The translations under genes were made by a program, and so were the position numbers. From Squalus acanthias (taxonomy: Eukaryota), in contig CM059432.1 in assembly GCA_030390025.1 (NCBI GenBank), positions 142,292,001 to 142,356,000 of the forward strand: a DNA stretch of 64,000 bases, read 5' to 3'. Positions within the stretch are counted from its first letter, which is position 1. The number at the start of each line of letters is the position of its first letter. The notes beneath the pieces are model-generated. The model did not search any database, was not told where the DNA came from, and saw only the letters and a list, made by a program, of their open reading frames with translations. Below are positions 12,793-25,949 of this stretch, in pieces.

Positions 12793-13990
12793 CCCTGGCT
12801 CAGTGGGCAGCACTCTCGCTCTCGTCTCTGAGTCAGAAGGTCGTGGGTTCGAGCCCCACTCCAGAGACTTGAGCGCATAATCCAGGCTGACACTCCCAGT
12901 GCAGTGCTGAGGGAGTGCTGCACTGTCGGAGGTGCCGTCTTTTGGATGAGACGTTAAACTGAGGCCCCGGTCTGCTCTCTCGGGTGGATGTTAAAGATCC
13001 CATGGCCACTATTTCGAAGAAGAGCAGAGGAGTTCTCCCCGGTGTCCTGGCCAATATTTTTCCCTTAACCCAGCACCTAAAAATAGATTGGCCCAAAAAT
13101 TAGTGAGTGAGCCTTCGTGCGAGGGTAAGGCCTCCCTGCGATCTCTCACTGCGCGCTGGCTTTTTCAGTCCGAGCTCGCACGAACTTGATGTTCTAGACA
13201 GCAGCTGTGCAGGGCTTTCGTATCGTGCGAGCTGTGGGATCACGTGACTCAGTTAGAGCCAATGGCAGCACGCCATCTTTCATTCATAGCTTTCACAGCA
13301 CGGCTGTGAAAGCTATGAATACTATACCCCCCCAAAAGAACAGCTAAACCTCAATTAAATTTAAAAAAAAACCCATCACATTAATAAAATAAGTATAGTT
13401 AAATAAATTAACCATTTTAAACAAAAAATTAAATTTTTGAAAAAATTTAAAATCTTTTAAAAAGTTATAAAAATAAACTTACCTGTCTTTAAAGTCTCTA
13501 AAAAAGATATACCTGTTAAAAAAAATTCAAAATAATACTTAATTAAGTACTTACCTTGTTAAAAGAGGGTCTTACACCTCCTTTCTTTATGTGTAAAATC
13601 TTCCATGCTTACCTGCGAGTCCAAAGCACTAAGTGCACTGTGTGCGCGCAGCCTGTAGCGCGCACGCGGTTCACCTAGGAACCGCCCCCTTTTGAATTCA
13701 CCAAGTGCCGGTTTTCAGCGCATGCGCAGTGCATGCAGAAAACCGGCAATTGGAGACAGAATACGCGAGAGTACACAGTGCGTACTCTCGCGTAGCGGCA
13801 CTAATTTTTGGGCCATGATCTGGTCATTATCACCTTGCTATTTGTGGGAGCTTGCTGTGCGCAAATTGGCTGCTGCGTTTCCTACATTACAACAGTGACT
13901 ACACTTCAAAAGTACTTCATTGGCTGTGAAGCGCTTTGGGATGTCCTGAGGTTGTGAAAGACGCTATAGAAATGCAAATTCTTTCCTTTC
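12793..13990 (+). mobile_element. DeuSINE split by a MITE
   Basis: SINE sequence stops at 13089 and resumes at 13815. Confidence 0.85.
13090..13814. mobile_element. MITE, probably Harbinger type
   Basis: 16-bp TIR GGCCCAAAAATTAGTG / CACTAATTTTTGGGCC; flanks ATT/ATG; AT-rich interior. Confidence 0.8.
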
Positions 13991-14674
13991 ATTGTGAAAT
14001 AATATACTGCTGTCTCACTTTACAGATGATTCCCAGATTAAAGACTAATTCATAACGATACACGGGCTCGCCTAGGAATTACAATCAGCGATCACTAATC
14101 ACAACCTGCTGAGTCGTTCAAACTGGTCATTCATAAATATATCCAGGAGCGTTAAATGACACCTTTTACAAAAGATGATGGATCAAAGTAATATTCTCGC
14201 AAACAAATTGCTTCTCTGTTGTTGAATGAAAGCTTCAGTGAACAGGCAGAGTGCCCTGATCCTCAGGCTGATTACACCGCCTGCTTTGTGAGTGTGCTTG
14301 TTGCAGCTGAACTCTTCGTGACCAGAGAATAGAGAGGGGAAAAAAAAGTCGTGTTATTAATTTATGTTTGATTTGAAAGTCATTTATCGTACAAATTATT
14401 CCATAGAATTCGAGGGCACGATCTTCACTGACAGACATGAGAGGCAGCAAAAAAAAAATAGCACGGAGAGTTTTCCTCCTGACATTTTTCTTATTTTTGG
14501 GACATTTGAGTCAATGGCGCAATGATTCCAAATCCTTCACCTTCAAAAATCAGCCTTGCTTTACTCGTATCTGTGATGTTTAAAATAGCATTTCACCAGA
14601 GTCCTAGCCACGGAGGGAAATCTGTGTGAGGTCTGCGTGAACCATTTGTATTTTGCATTCTAATTTCCTCCCCA

Positions 14675-15095
14675 GAAGAAAGAAAGGCTTGCATTTCTAT
14701 AGCGCCTTTCACGACCTTCGAATGTCCCAAAGCACTTTACAGCCAATCAAGTACTTTGGAAGAGTAGTCACTGTTGTAATGTCGGAAACGTGTGCAAATT
14801 GCCCTCTCAGAAGGGATGTAAAAGATTCCACGGCACTATTTCAAAGAAGAACAAGGGAGTTCTCTCCCGGTGTCCTGGGGCCAATATTTATCCCTCAACC
14901 AACAATTAAAAAAAACAGATGATCTGGTCATGATCAAATTGCTGTTTGTGGGAGCTTGCTGTGCACAAATTGGCTGCTGCGTTTCCTACATTACAACAGT
15001 GACCACACTTCAAAAAGGACTACATTGGTCGTGAAGCGCTTTGGGACGTCCTGAGGTGGTGAAAGGAGCTATAGAAAGGCTAGTCTTTCTTTTTG
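14675..15095. mobile_element. Two DeuSINE 3' fragments in opposite orientation
   Basis: Minus-strand tail at 14675-14790, plus-strand piece at 14800-15095. Confidence 0.75.
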
Positions 15096-15757
15096 ATTCG
15101 AGTAATAATGTTTACACACAGTGGCAGGAAACAGCTCCCAACACAATATTCTTCTCTTGATTAACAACTATGATCAGCACCTTAGTCTTTCGAGCACCTG
15201 ACAAAGTCACAGGTCAGATCTATCACTTCAGTGAGCTGCTTTGCTCTTCCCAATCTTTGTTACTCAATTTAATTTCAGGTTTAATTGGTTCCCTGCCAGA
15301 TTGAAGAATGTCAAAATATCTCAACTAACTTTTCCTCTTTTACCCTTTCAGATGCCGTGAATTGGTGTCAGTTACACAATTAGTTCATCCTCTTTGCTAC
15401 TGTCAATCTCTTATCTACTGTTCCAAAAATCAGCACTAAATTCCTGTTTGATCACCCCTCGTCCCTAACGGATACTATTCAATGTAGAGAGCTCGCTTTA
15501 AGTTTGCTATCAAATGTTTCCTTTTCGTATCGTATCTGAAACTGGTTCTACTCCACTCTCTACCTCACTGTTCATGGCTGTCCTAACTTGGATTACTATT
15601 CTCCCACCCGCTTCAGCTCCTAATTTCTTCCTCACCACCATACATTTTTCTCGAGCTTTTGTTCATTTCTGCTTCCCAATTTCCTCCCCATGATTTCAGG
15701 TTTCATTCCAAATGCAATGCTTGTGCCTCATGTCCAGCTTTGATTGTTGCCATTGTT

Positions 15758-16316
15758 CCCACTCGACTATTCCAACGCTCTCCTGATCAGCCTCCCATCT
15801 TCCACCCTCCGTAAACTTAAACTCATCCAAAACTCTGCTGCCCCGTGTCCTAACTCGCACCAAGTCCCGTTCACCCATCACCCCCTGTGCTCGCTGACCT
15901 ACATTGGCTCCCGGTCCGGCAACGCCTCGATTTTAAAATCCTCATCCTTGTTTTCAAATCCCTCCACGGCCTCGCCCCCCTCCCTCTCTCTGTAACCTCC
16001 TCCAGCCCCACAACCCTCTGAGATATCTACGCTCCTCCAATTCTGGCCTCTTGTGCATCCCTTGATTTTAATTGCTCCACCATTGGTGGCCGTGCCTTCA
16101 GCTGCCAAGGCCCTAAGCTCTGGAATTCCCTCCCTAAACCTCTCCTCCTTTAAGATGCTCCTTAAAACCTACCTCTGTGACCAAGCTTTTGTCGTCTGCC
16201 CCAATATCTCCTTATGTGATTCGGTGTCAAATTTTGTCTGGTAATCGCTCCTGTGAAGCACCTTGGGACGTTTTACTACTTTAACAGTGCTATATAAATG
16301 CAAGTTGTTGTTGTTT
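15758..16316 (+). mobile_element. L2 LINE 3' fragment
   Basis: LDYSNALL..LP..LRKLKLIQNSAA motif; (GTT)n tail. Confidence 0.85.
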
Positions 16317-17005
16317 TTTATTTGGATACTTTTAATGCTGGTTGGAAAAGATCATTGATCACAGATATTGGAAATTGGTCACTCCAAGGAGCAATGTTAA
16401 ATGCCCCGTGCCTGGGATAAACAGCGGCCTGAAAATGGCATTGAGTCAGTTACCATCCCTGGTTACTAGGGGCCGCGGTCTCCGCCATCTTGGATGGGGT
16501 CCTGAGATGGGCGTCTAGTGCGCTCACCTGATTTCAGGCGAGATTTGAACTCACGTTCGCCGGATCATTAGTCCAGGCCTCTGGATTATTGGAACCAGTG
16601 ACACAACCACCACACCACCGGACCCCCCCCTAATAGGAATCTTACTGGAATCCTACAAACTTGCACCTTTTAACGTGGTAGTGGATTAGAAACAAATCAT
16701 TTGGATTTGTGTTGAAATGTTTGGACTAATTTATTGAAACTTAAACGTATGAATCAGGTAAAGTCGATTTTGATGTGATATATTTGAACTCAAATTCTCG
16801 AACTGATACCATGGCCAAAAATAACCTGTGGAAGTGCTGTTGTCTTATTCATCGGGTTACTCCTAATTCATTAACCAGTGTATGAAGAGAAATGGGGTCC
16901 TAACTTGTAGGTGATTAAGTATCCCAGGTCATTGCACCTTAATGAGGTGCAAACTACTCACTGAACACCTGTTTCAAAATCAACACTCAATCCCTTTAAA
17001 CAATT

Positions 17006-17335
17006 ATACGATAGCAAAATACTGCGGATGCTGGAAATCCGAAATAACAACAGAAAACGCTGGAAAAACTCATCCGTGGAGAGAGAAACAGAGTTAACGT
17101 TTCAGGTCGAAGACCTTTCGTCAGAACTGGAAAAAGGCAGGAAATGCAATAGATTTAAAGCAAGGATAAAGCTGGGAAAAGGGGGAGGGGATGAAAGAAA
17201 ACAAGGTTGAAGAGACAAACGGAGGTCCAGTCGAAGAGAAGAGCAGAACTTCTTCAAGGTGGGCATTCCTAGAAGAGAGGTGGCAGTGGACCAAACACTA
17301 ATACGATAGCAAAATACTGCAGATGCTGGAAATCT
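17006..17335 (-). mobile_element. Penelope-like remnant with terminal direct repeat and hammerhead core
   Basis: 34-bp direct repeat atacgatagcaaaatactgcRgatgctggaaatc at both ends; TSD CTTTAAACAATT; hammerhead core at 17092-17129. Confidence 0.8.
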
Positions 17336-17654
17336 TTAAACAATTGCCTGATTTAAGCTCTCCATGCGGGACTCCTCCCTTGATCTATTGGGGATTTGGC
17401 ACGGAGAGTGCTATTGGTTGTGCCCCTTTAAAAAAGGGGCCCCGGCTTCCGTTTTTATTGGTGATGGCACCAGCCATGAATCACCGAAATTAAACAATAA
17501 AAAGACGTTGCCTAGTTTAAACGTGTGTGGGGATTGTACTGGGGTTCATTTCTAGAGGAATAGAATTAAAAAAAGCACGGAGGTAATGTTCAATGTATAC
17601 AGAACCTTGGTTAGACCACACTTGAACTACTGTGCGCAGTTCTGGTCTCCGAAC

Positions 17655-19680
17655 GGTAAGATTCTCAAAATTCACAGATCCCCCTAACTCTAAGAAAACC
17701 CTAAGGAAAAAGACTTTTGGACTCTTTCCTTGCTATTACAGGGTGGTGAAGTGCATTGGGCCTAAACCGAAGGACCATTCGAGCAAAAACCAAGATTTGG
17801 GATTTTAAAAGACATGTCTGGACTTGTAAGGGAGAAAAGGCTGTGAAGGAAGGTGGGATCAACCTCTGTAAAAACAGTTTGGGTATTGGAGCTAATGGGA
17901 ACTGTCTGGGGAACCGCATGATCTCGCTGGGAGTGTAAATCGGCCCCTATCAGACATTAGCATCCTAACAATAAACCCGAGGAGAACAGTCTCCACCCCA
18001 AGCTACAGAGCCCATTAAGACATGCATAAAACAAATAGAAATTACAGGCCCAACCAAGAAAACCAAACACAAAACCAATCACCTGTAATCAACCGAGGTG
18101 ATCGACAGGATGCAAGCCATCCCAAAAGCCATTTGACACTTACAGAACAGTTACTAGTAACGAGCCCACCAAAACCTCACAAAGACTGGGACCTGATTTG
18201 GCGCGCAGATAAGGAACCTTCAATGAGTATAATTGAAGGCCCGTTCTCAACCTGAAAAGAAGAGGGAGGAAGAACAAGAAGACATCAACGGAGGCATTCT
18301 CCGCAACACAGTTCTAAAATCAACACCGTTCAGCGTTCCGTGTCCAGCCAGGAGGTCGACAGCTCGAAGGCCAGACCATCCAACAAAGTAGGCTGACACG
18401 AGAAGAACCCAGAACGACCGCCTCAGTGACCACCGGACACCTTGTGGCAACAAGGCCCTCACGAAACAACCAACAAAACATGGGGCTGGATTTTGTCTTG
18501 GGGTCGGGTTGGGGTCGTGTCATCCGCATTTCGTGTTCTACACCCGCCTGAAATTGGATGTGGGAGATTGATGCAATTTTCACTTAATTTTTTTTCCATC
18601 CAGGTCCTCCAAAGGCCCCGGCAGTCTCTGAAGACATTCAATGCAGCAGCATCAGAGGCGACTTTCAGACCTAATACTACTACTACCTTCATCACATCTC
18701 CGTTGTAATAGTCGACCTGCAGCTGATAGTCAGCTATCCACTTGTGCTCCCGCCAGGTTTCACTGGCGTGTTTCACATCAGGCGTGCTTCACGTCAGAAA
18801 AGGGTTAAACTAGCTAAAACGTTTCAAAATGGCATTACAGAGCCAATTTAGGGCTTGTTAAGGGCTTTAATGGCCTCTCCCGCCTCTTGGAGGCGGGACG
18901 GAACAGGAACACCGCACACGATTTTATCAAAATTGCGTGGAGGCGGAATGGAGTCGGGATGGGGTCGGGACCCCCGAATCTGCAACTTTAACCCCCCACA
19001 CGCCTCCAAACCCGACTCCACGGGTCATTGAAAATCCAGCCCCAAGTATCAACAATTGGGCCACCGCGACCAAAGAAAAACCGACTCGAAGAAAAACCGA
19101 AGAATCGCAAAGTTTCCACTCTACAATCTACTCCTGACTTACCCCTGGGTAAGATTTTCCCATAAAAAACTCTAAACCCTACTTCTAAACTAAAGAAAGT
19201 GGGTACTCACCTGATAAATCCAATACGCACCCTACCGCATCAGCGGACTCGCGAAGACTGACCAGATACGCAGTTGAAGTCCTCTACCGCGTCCGGGGCA
19301 TGGCAGACACCAACTGACATATAGAGTGAACCCCAAAACCGCGAACTAACCCAACTGTCAAGGATTCTGGTGAGTATCATCCCTGGTCCACTGGAGTCCA
19401 ACCTAGCTAGTGAAGTGGGATTGGGAGGGGTGAAGTATTCTTCTAATGTTATTTCCCTCGCTTGTACCGAAGTGTTCCCCACCTTTAGAGTGTTAAGAGT
19501 GTTTGTGTTGTGTTTTACTTTCTTGAATAAAGATCAAAGTTCTTGCATCAAACCCAGTTGTCTGCTGCACTTTTTATCACAACCCCCAAATAAGTCCAAG
19601 GTCGAGAACCAAGGGAGTGGGAGCGATTCGAACCGCTCAGAAGTCAGAGGTGAAGCTGACACAAACCACCGCCCCCTACA
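17655..19680 (+). mobile_element. Probable solo LTR (about 1.46 kb excluding the nested MITE) inside a CR1 fragment
   Basis: CR1 sequence breaks at 17654 and resumes at 19681; ends GGTAAG...CCTACA; 4-bp flanks GAAC/GTAC; AATAAA near 19526. Confidence 0.65.
18482..19043. mobile_element. Harbinger-type MITE
   Basis: TIR GGGGCTGGATTTT / AAAATCCAGCCCC; homologous to 49614-50317 in reverse orientation. Confidence 0.85.
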
Positions 19681-19757
19681 GTACTGAAGAAAGGTTAGCG
19701 AGACACCGGAGAAAGCGCGGGAAAGATTTACAAGGGTGATACCAGAATTGAGAGGAT

Positions 19758-20033
19758 TTAAAAAAAAATTCATTCACAGGATGTGGGCGTTGCTGTCATG
19801 GCCGGCATTTATTGCCCATCCCTAGTTTCCTTCGAGAAGGTGGTGGTGAGCCGTCTTCTTGAACCGCTGCAGTCCGTGTGGTGAAGGTGCTCCCACAGTG
19901 CTGTTAGGGAGGGAGTTCCAGGATTTTGACCCAGCGACGATGAAGGAACGGCGATATACTTCCAAGCCCGGATGGTGTGTGACTTGGAGGGGAACTTGGA
20001 GGTGGTGGTGTTCCCATGCGCCTGCTGCCCTTG
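19758..20033 (-). mobile_element. 3' end of the 4115-family LINE
   Basis: Same peptide (WEHHHL..SKSWNSLP) and tail. Confidence 0.8.
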
Positions 20034-20445
20034 TGTAACTATCAGGAAAGGCTGAACAGCCTGGGACTCTTCTCTCTGGAAATGGGGGGCTGAGGGGTGA
20101 CCCGAGCGGGCTCTTCAATTTACGAATGGGTTTGATCGGATGGATGTCGGGAAACTGTATCCACTTGTAGGTGAGTCCAGAACAAGGGCCGTGAATACAA
20201 GATAGTCACTGACATAAAGAATTTAGGAGGAATTTCTTTACCCAGAGAGTGGTGAGAGTGTGGAACTCGCTACCACAGGGAGTGGTTGAGGCGAATAGCA
20301 TAGATTTAAGGGGAGGTGCGATGCGTACACGAGGGAGCAGGAAATAGAGGGATACGAGGGGGGCAGGTTGGGAGGAGACTCGTGTGGAGTACAAACACCG
20401 GCAGAGACCCGGTGGGCCGAGCGACCTGCTTCTGTGCTGTAGATT
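20033..20445 (+). mobile_element. Old CR1 3' fragment
   Basis: Degenerate TQRVVRVWNSLP coding followed by the 3'UTR. Confidence 0.65.
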
Positions 20446-20984
20446 CCCTCCTGTCTCACCAGGTAACTTACCTCGCTGGGCCTCCCCAGGGCCCTCGATC
20501 GAGCTCCCGGCTGGCTTGGCCTGGGGCGGGGTGGGGTGGAATCAGTCACTGCTCCCCCCCCCCCCCACCCGCCCCCACTCAGGGCTCAGATTAAAATGAC
20601 AGAACGGAGCCCGACCTGCCTATTTAAAGAGGACCCCCGTTGGCCTGGGACGAGGTGTCCTTGTCCCCTGCAAATCGCAGCCGGCCAGTTTGGGCGGGAA
20701 GGAAGTGGGAAATTGCCCCCCCCCCACCCCGCTCCAGTTTATCTGTAACCCCCAGCCTCCCCCCCCCCAAAGCCTGGTTTTTGCCAGACGGGGGGAGTTA
20801 AAATCGAGGCCGCTGTTTTATGTAAAATGTACAATTCTAAATCGAGCATAAGATGGCCGCACATTCTGCTACAGCAGATCTGACATCTGGATCAGTTGTA
20901 GGCAATTAATGTTCCTGGTTTGTTTTTTTAACCTCAATGGAACATGATCACATCAGTGCAAAACATGCAGTATAGTGCACCAGA

Positions 20985-21418
20985 TTCTCGCCTCTGAGTC
21001 AGAAGGTTGTGGGTTCAAGCCCCACTCCAGAGATTTGAGCACATAATCAAGGCTGATACTCCAGTGCAGTGCTGAGGGAGTGCTGCACTGTCGGAGGTGC
21101 CGACTTTCGGATGAGACGTTAAACTGAGGCCCCGTCTGCCTGCTCAGGAAAAGATCCCATGGCCACTATTCGAAGAAGAGCAGGAGAGTTCTTCTCGGTG
21201 TCTTGGCCAACATTTATCCCTCAACATCACTGAAACAATTTATCTGGTCATTGTCACATTGTGGTTTGTGGGAGCTTGCTGTGTGAAATTGGCTGCTGCA
21301 ATTCCTACATTACAACAGTGACTCCACTTCAAAAAAGTACTTCATTAACTGTAAAGGGCTTTGGAATGTCTTGAGGTTGTGAAAGGCGCTGTAGAAATAT
21401 AAGTCTTTCTTTCTTTTT
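20985..21418 (+). mobile_element. DeuSINE
   Basis: Head remnant, core and tail. Confidence 0.85.
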
Positions 21419-22132
21419 CCTGGAGACATGAGAAAAATCCTGTAAGGTTGCCAACCCTGTTAGACAGTGTGAGGCAGCTGATCGGACAATGCACCAGATT
21501 CGTGCAAGTGGAGTGATCTCACCGCAAGGAAGTGCGAGCTCGTTGCTACCATTAAAAATTGAACTGATCCAGGGACCTCGCAATCAGGGTGATCCTGCAG
21601 AATGGGCCTTAGGCCGCATTCCTTTAAGACCCAGTCCAAGCCCAGATTCTAAGTCCTGGTAAAGATGGACTAAGGTAAAACAGGACTTGATGGAAACACG
21701 TTGGGAGCGAGCAACAGTTGCAACATCTGGATCTATTCGAACAGCCTTCGTTAACTTGTCACTAACATTTGTTACTAAAAATAATCAGTCCTATCCTGTG
21801 GATGTCAGCAGATGCTCTTGTTTATTTATTCATTGTAAAGTAACTTTACAGAGGAACATTTTGAAGTCTTTAGTCTTATTTACAATGGGAATTAAAACAG
21901 AAGCTGTGGCAACAAACAAGACTAAAGGAGAAAGGTAGCAAATGCTACAAAGTGTTGTCTACTTATTAATCAAAAAGTTGCAATACCATGTTAATTGTAA
22001 CAAGATGCAAACATTTTATTTTTAAAAGCAAACTGTCAGAGAGAATGTCTCTTCATCTTGTGATTTATTTTTCTCTTTCCATTGAATTTTTTGAGGCAGT
22101 GTTACAGAACAGAGTTAGTGTCAGTAGAGGTG

Positions 22133-22530
22133 AAAAAAAGACTTGCATTTCTATAGCGCCTTTCATGACCTCAGGACGTCCCAAAACACTTTACATCCAA
22201 TGAAGTACTTTTGAAGTGTAGTCACTGTTGTAATGTAGGAAACTTGGCAGCTAATTTGCGCACAGCAAGCTCCCACAAACAGCAATGTGATAATGACCAG
22301 ATAATCTGTTTTTAGTGGTGTGGGTTGAGGGATAAATATTGACTGGGAGAACTCCCCTGCTCTTCTTCGAAATAGTGGCCGTGGGATCTTTTACATCCAC
22401 CTGGGAGGGCACCTCCGACAGTGCAGCACTCCCTCAGTAGTGCACTGGGAGTGTCAACCTGGATTTTGTGCTCAAGTCTTTGGAGTGGGACTTGAACCCA
22501 CGACCTTCTGACTCAGAGGCGAGAGCGACT
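22133..22530 (-). mobile_element. DeuSINE
   Basis: Reverse-complement copy with an internal deletion. Confidence 0.85.
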
Positions 22531-22582
22531 ACAACGAGTGCAGTTCAGAGCTAGGACTGGAATGTGTGTCCTATATGGTGTA

Positions 22583-23149
22583 ACAGCAGCAAGAATTTGC
22601 ATATATATAAGTGCCTTTAACATAGTAAAACGTCCTAAGGTGCTTCACAGGAGAGGTATCAGACAAAATATGACCCTGAACCACATAAGGCGGTATTAAG
22701 ACAGGTGACCAAAAGCTTGGTCAAAGAGGTTGGTTTTAAGGACTGTCTTAAAGGAGGAGAGAGAGGCGGAGAGGTTTAGGGAGGGAATTCCAGAGCTTAG
22801 GGCCTAGGCAGCTGAAGGCACGGTCGCCAATGGTGGAGCGATGGAAATCAGGGATGAGCAAGAGGCCAGAGTTGGAGGAACACAGAGTTCTCGGAGGGTT
22901 GTAGCCTGTATTGTGTGTTTACCGTATGTACAGTGTCATCTTTCAGTCCTGAAATTTGGGCTGTACACGCACTCTGAAGTTGTGCTTCAAACCCTTGAAT
23001 AAAATGAGTAAGTGATACAGGTTTCAAAAGTTCAACATGTAACCTATCGAACAAATGAGATGGTAGCAGGAAATGGAAACATCCAAAAACTATTACCAAC
23101 ATAATGAGTGGATTAAAGAGTCATTCAGTCAACAGGAATGGCAGTAAGC
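22583..23149 (-). repeat. Inverted duplicate of 11320-11870
   Basis: Direct sequence comparison. Confidence 0.9.
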
Positions 23150-23210
23150 AAAGAAGGCAACTAAGGTGAAGCCTAGTCTTTGTTAAATGTGTCTCTTTAA
23201 TCCACTCGTT

Positions 23211-24964
23211 GGGGGGAATTTTCCAGGGGGTCAGCGGGCACTATCGGTGGCGGGTCAGGTGGGAAAGTGTTTTTTTTGACAGTGGGTCGGGACCCCGCTG
23301 TCAACCCGCCGCCACGCTCCTTTACCAAATGTCGGGTCTGTCAGCGCTGAGCAGACCCGACATGCAGCAGTGGGGGAGGCAATTCAGGTCATTATGACCT
23401 TGTTAACAGAGGATTAACAACAATTTTGAGCTCACCTTTAGAATTTACCAGCTCGCCAACGGGGCCCACGCTGCTCGGGGACCACGTCCATTAAGCTGGG
23501 CAGGAGTTGAATGGCCATGGAATCAGCTCATTACTTGACAGCTTGAAATGTGCTATAAAAGCTCCCATCTCACAGCTGTTCACTTTCCAAGCTCAGAAGC
23601 TGTTGCTTACTGCATTTGGAAGACAGATTGAGCTTTATGCAGCTTACAAGTGTTTGGCACAAACTCTCTATCCAGTGTCACCTCATTGGAACAACCTCTC
23701 TCACCATTGACAGATCGCTTCTGTCATCTCAACCTCACCTGCCATCTATTACATCAGCATGGCGACGATTTATGCTCTCTCACCTTGGTCATCAGAATCC
23801 GACTACGATCAGCCCCAACACCAGCATCACCAACAACCACACCATCCTTCTCTGCAATCACCTGATGCTGCACAGGACACAGGGCATCAGCACCCGACCA
23901 CATTGCTGCCCGGGACGCCAGGGCCAGATTTACTTCACTTGATGCTGTACACCCTGGCTGCCACATGATGTGCCAGGTTGGCACCACCTCACACCAGCAA
24001 CATAAAGCATCCCTACAATGTCCAAACCATTCCTTTCACACTTATCACCATTGCGGGGGTATCATTATGTCTCAGCATTCACTGCAACTCACTAAGACAC
24101 TTCCAAAGGTGCACACAGATCTGTCCAAGAATGCAAAATGTTGAAAATAAAGATTTCAATGTTTGACATCACATTAACAGAAACTTCACATGAACATTGG
24201 CTAAAACACACAAGTGCCTACCCTTGTGTGTTGTTAGTTGGTATGATTGCATTAGGATGAGGGTGAGTGTGAGGGGTGGCTAGTGAGATGGGGAAGTGAT
24301 AATGTAGATAGAGAGGGATGGGTGGAGGTGCAAGGTAAGTTGGTGTGAGTAAGGATGTGCAGGAGTAGGGTAGGGAAGGCAGAGTGATGGGGATGTGATG
24401 AGTGGCACAGCAGGATGAGGTTGAGTGTGGCTTTGCAGTAACGTTTCATGATCTACTGAGATCATTGAAAGGTTTGCGCCACTGCAGCCTGGTCCTCCTG
24501 ACCACATCCCTGCCTGTGTCCCTCCTGTGCAATGTGCAACCAGGCTGCGTTGGTCTCCTGGGGAGGTCTCTTCCGCCCATTGGAAGGGAAGAGAATCTCC
24601 CTGCGTGCTGTGACTCCCTCCATAAGCATATGGAGGGAGTCATGGGAGAACCTGGGTGCAGCCGTGCACCTTTATGCAGTGATTGTCAGTGTTTGCAGCA
24701 CCTCAATGCTGTAGAACACTGACAGCACAAAGGTCAAAGTAAATTTGCGCATGGTCCCTTTAAGGAAACCGACTGATGACGTGTCATCAAATGACGTCAC
24801 CAGACCCGCTTCCTTCAATTGGACCGGGGAACTTGCTGGGTGGGCTTAACAAGCCCAATCAGGGTAAAGTCATGTCGGAGGTCGTGATGGAGCCAGCAGC
24901 GAGGCCACGACCCGCCACTGACCTCGTCCGCCACGGACCCGCCGAGGTAGGGAAAATCGCGGCC
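23211..24964 (-). mobile_element. Non-autonomous Harbinger derivative carrying a Myb/SANT remnant
   Basis: Imperfect TIR GGGGGGAATTTTCC / GGAAAATCGCGGCC; 3-bp flanks GTT/ATT; it interrupts the 245-bp segment. Confidence 0.75.
24446..24680 (-). pseudogene. Myb/SANT-like (MSANTD-type) DNA-binding domain exon, frameshifted
   Basis: Manual translation AAPRFSHDSLHMLMEGVTARREILFPSNGRKRPPQETNAAWLHIAQE../..QWRKPFNDLSRS, homologous to the ORF at 33868. Confidence 0.8.
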
Positions 24965-25117
24965 ATTATGTTGGTGATAGTTTTTGGATGTTTCCAATTC
25001 CTGCTACCATCTCATTTGTTCGATAGGTTAAAAGTTGAACCTTTTGATTCCTATTGTTCATTTTGTTAAAGGGTTTGAAGTACAACTTCAGAGTGAGTTT
25101 ACAGCCCATCTGTATGA

Positions 25118-25547
25118 TAGCACTCACCTCTGAGTCAGAAGGTTGTGAGTTCAAGTCCCACTCCAGAGACTTGAGCACAAAAATCTAGACTGACACTCCC
25201 AGTGAAGTCCTGAGGGAGTGCTGCACTGTCAGAGGTGCCGTCTTTAGGATGAAACATTAAACTGCTCTCTCTGGTGGAAGTAAAAGATCCCACGGCAGTA
25301 TTTCAAAGAAGAACACGGGAGTTCTCCCCGTGTCCATGGCCAATATTCATCCCTCAATTAACATCACTAAAAACAGATTATCTGGCCATTATCACGTTGC
25401 TGTTTGCGGGATCTTGCTGTGCACAAATTGGCTGCTGCGTTTCCTACATTCCAACAGTGACTACACTTCAAAAGTACTTCGTTGGCTGTAAAGCGCTTTG
25501 GGATATCCTGAGGTCATGAAAGGCGCTATAGAAATGCAAGTCTTTCT
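25118..25547 (+). mobile_element. DeuSINE
   Basis: Head, core and tail. Confidence 0.85.
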
Positions 25548-25949
25548 TATACTCATGTGCTTATCAAGCTTCCCCTTAAATGTATCTATATTCCTGTGGT
25601 AGCGAGTTCCACATTCTCACCACTCTCTGGGTAAAGAAGTTTCTTCTGAATTTCCTATTGAATTTCTTGGTGACAAAGGTGTAAATACGCTGACACTTTT
25701 GATAAAGTACCAGACATTAAAACATATTAATATATTGATTACTAATATCATACACACACTGCCATTTCAGCTACTGACTGTTTATCCTGCTCCTTTCCAC
25801 CAGCCTTCTTACAAGCAACGATAGGGAATATTCATCATCTTAGGGTATTTCTTTTAGAAAAACAGTACATGTACAACTAAACTTTAACCTTCTGAGCAGT
25901 GAAAGACCCCTTCAGCTTTCAAATGGCCAGTGTATCCCCTTGAAGTCAA

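Noticed and set aside
12793..12870. tRNA genes here and at other SINE heads
   Set aside because: The A/B boxes run straight into SINE bodies, with no complete cloverleaf.
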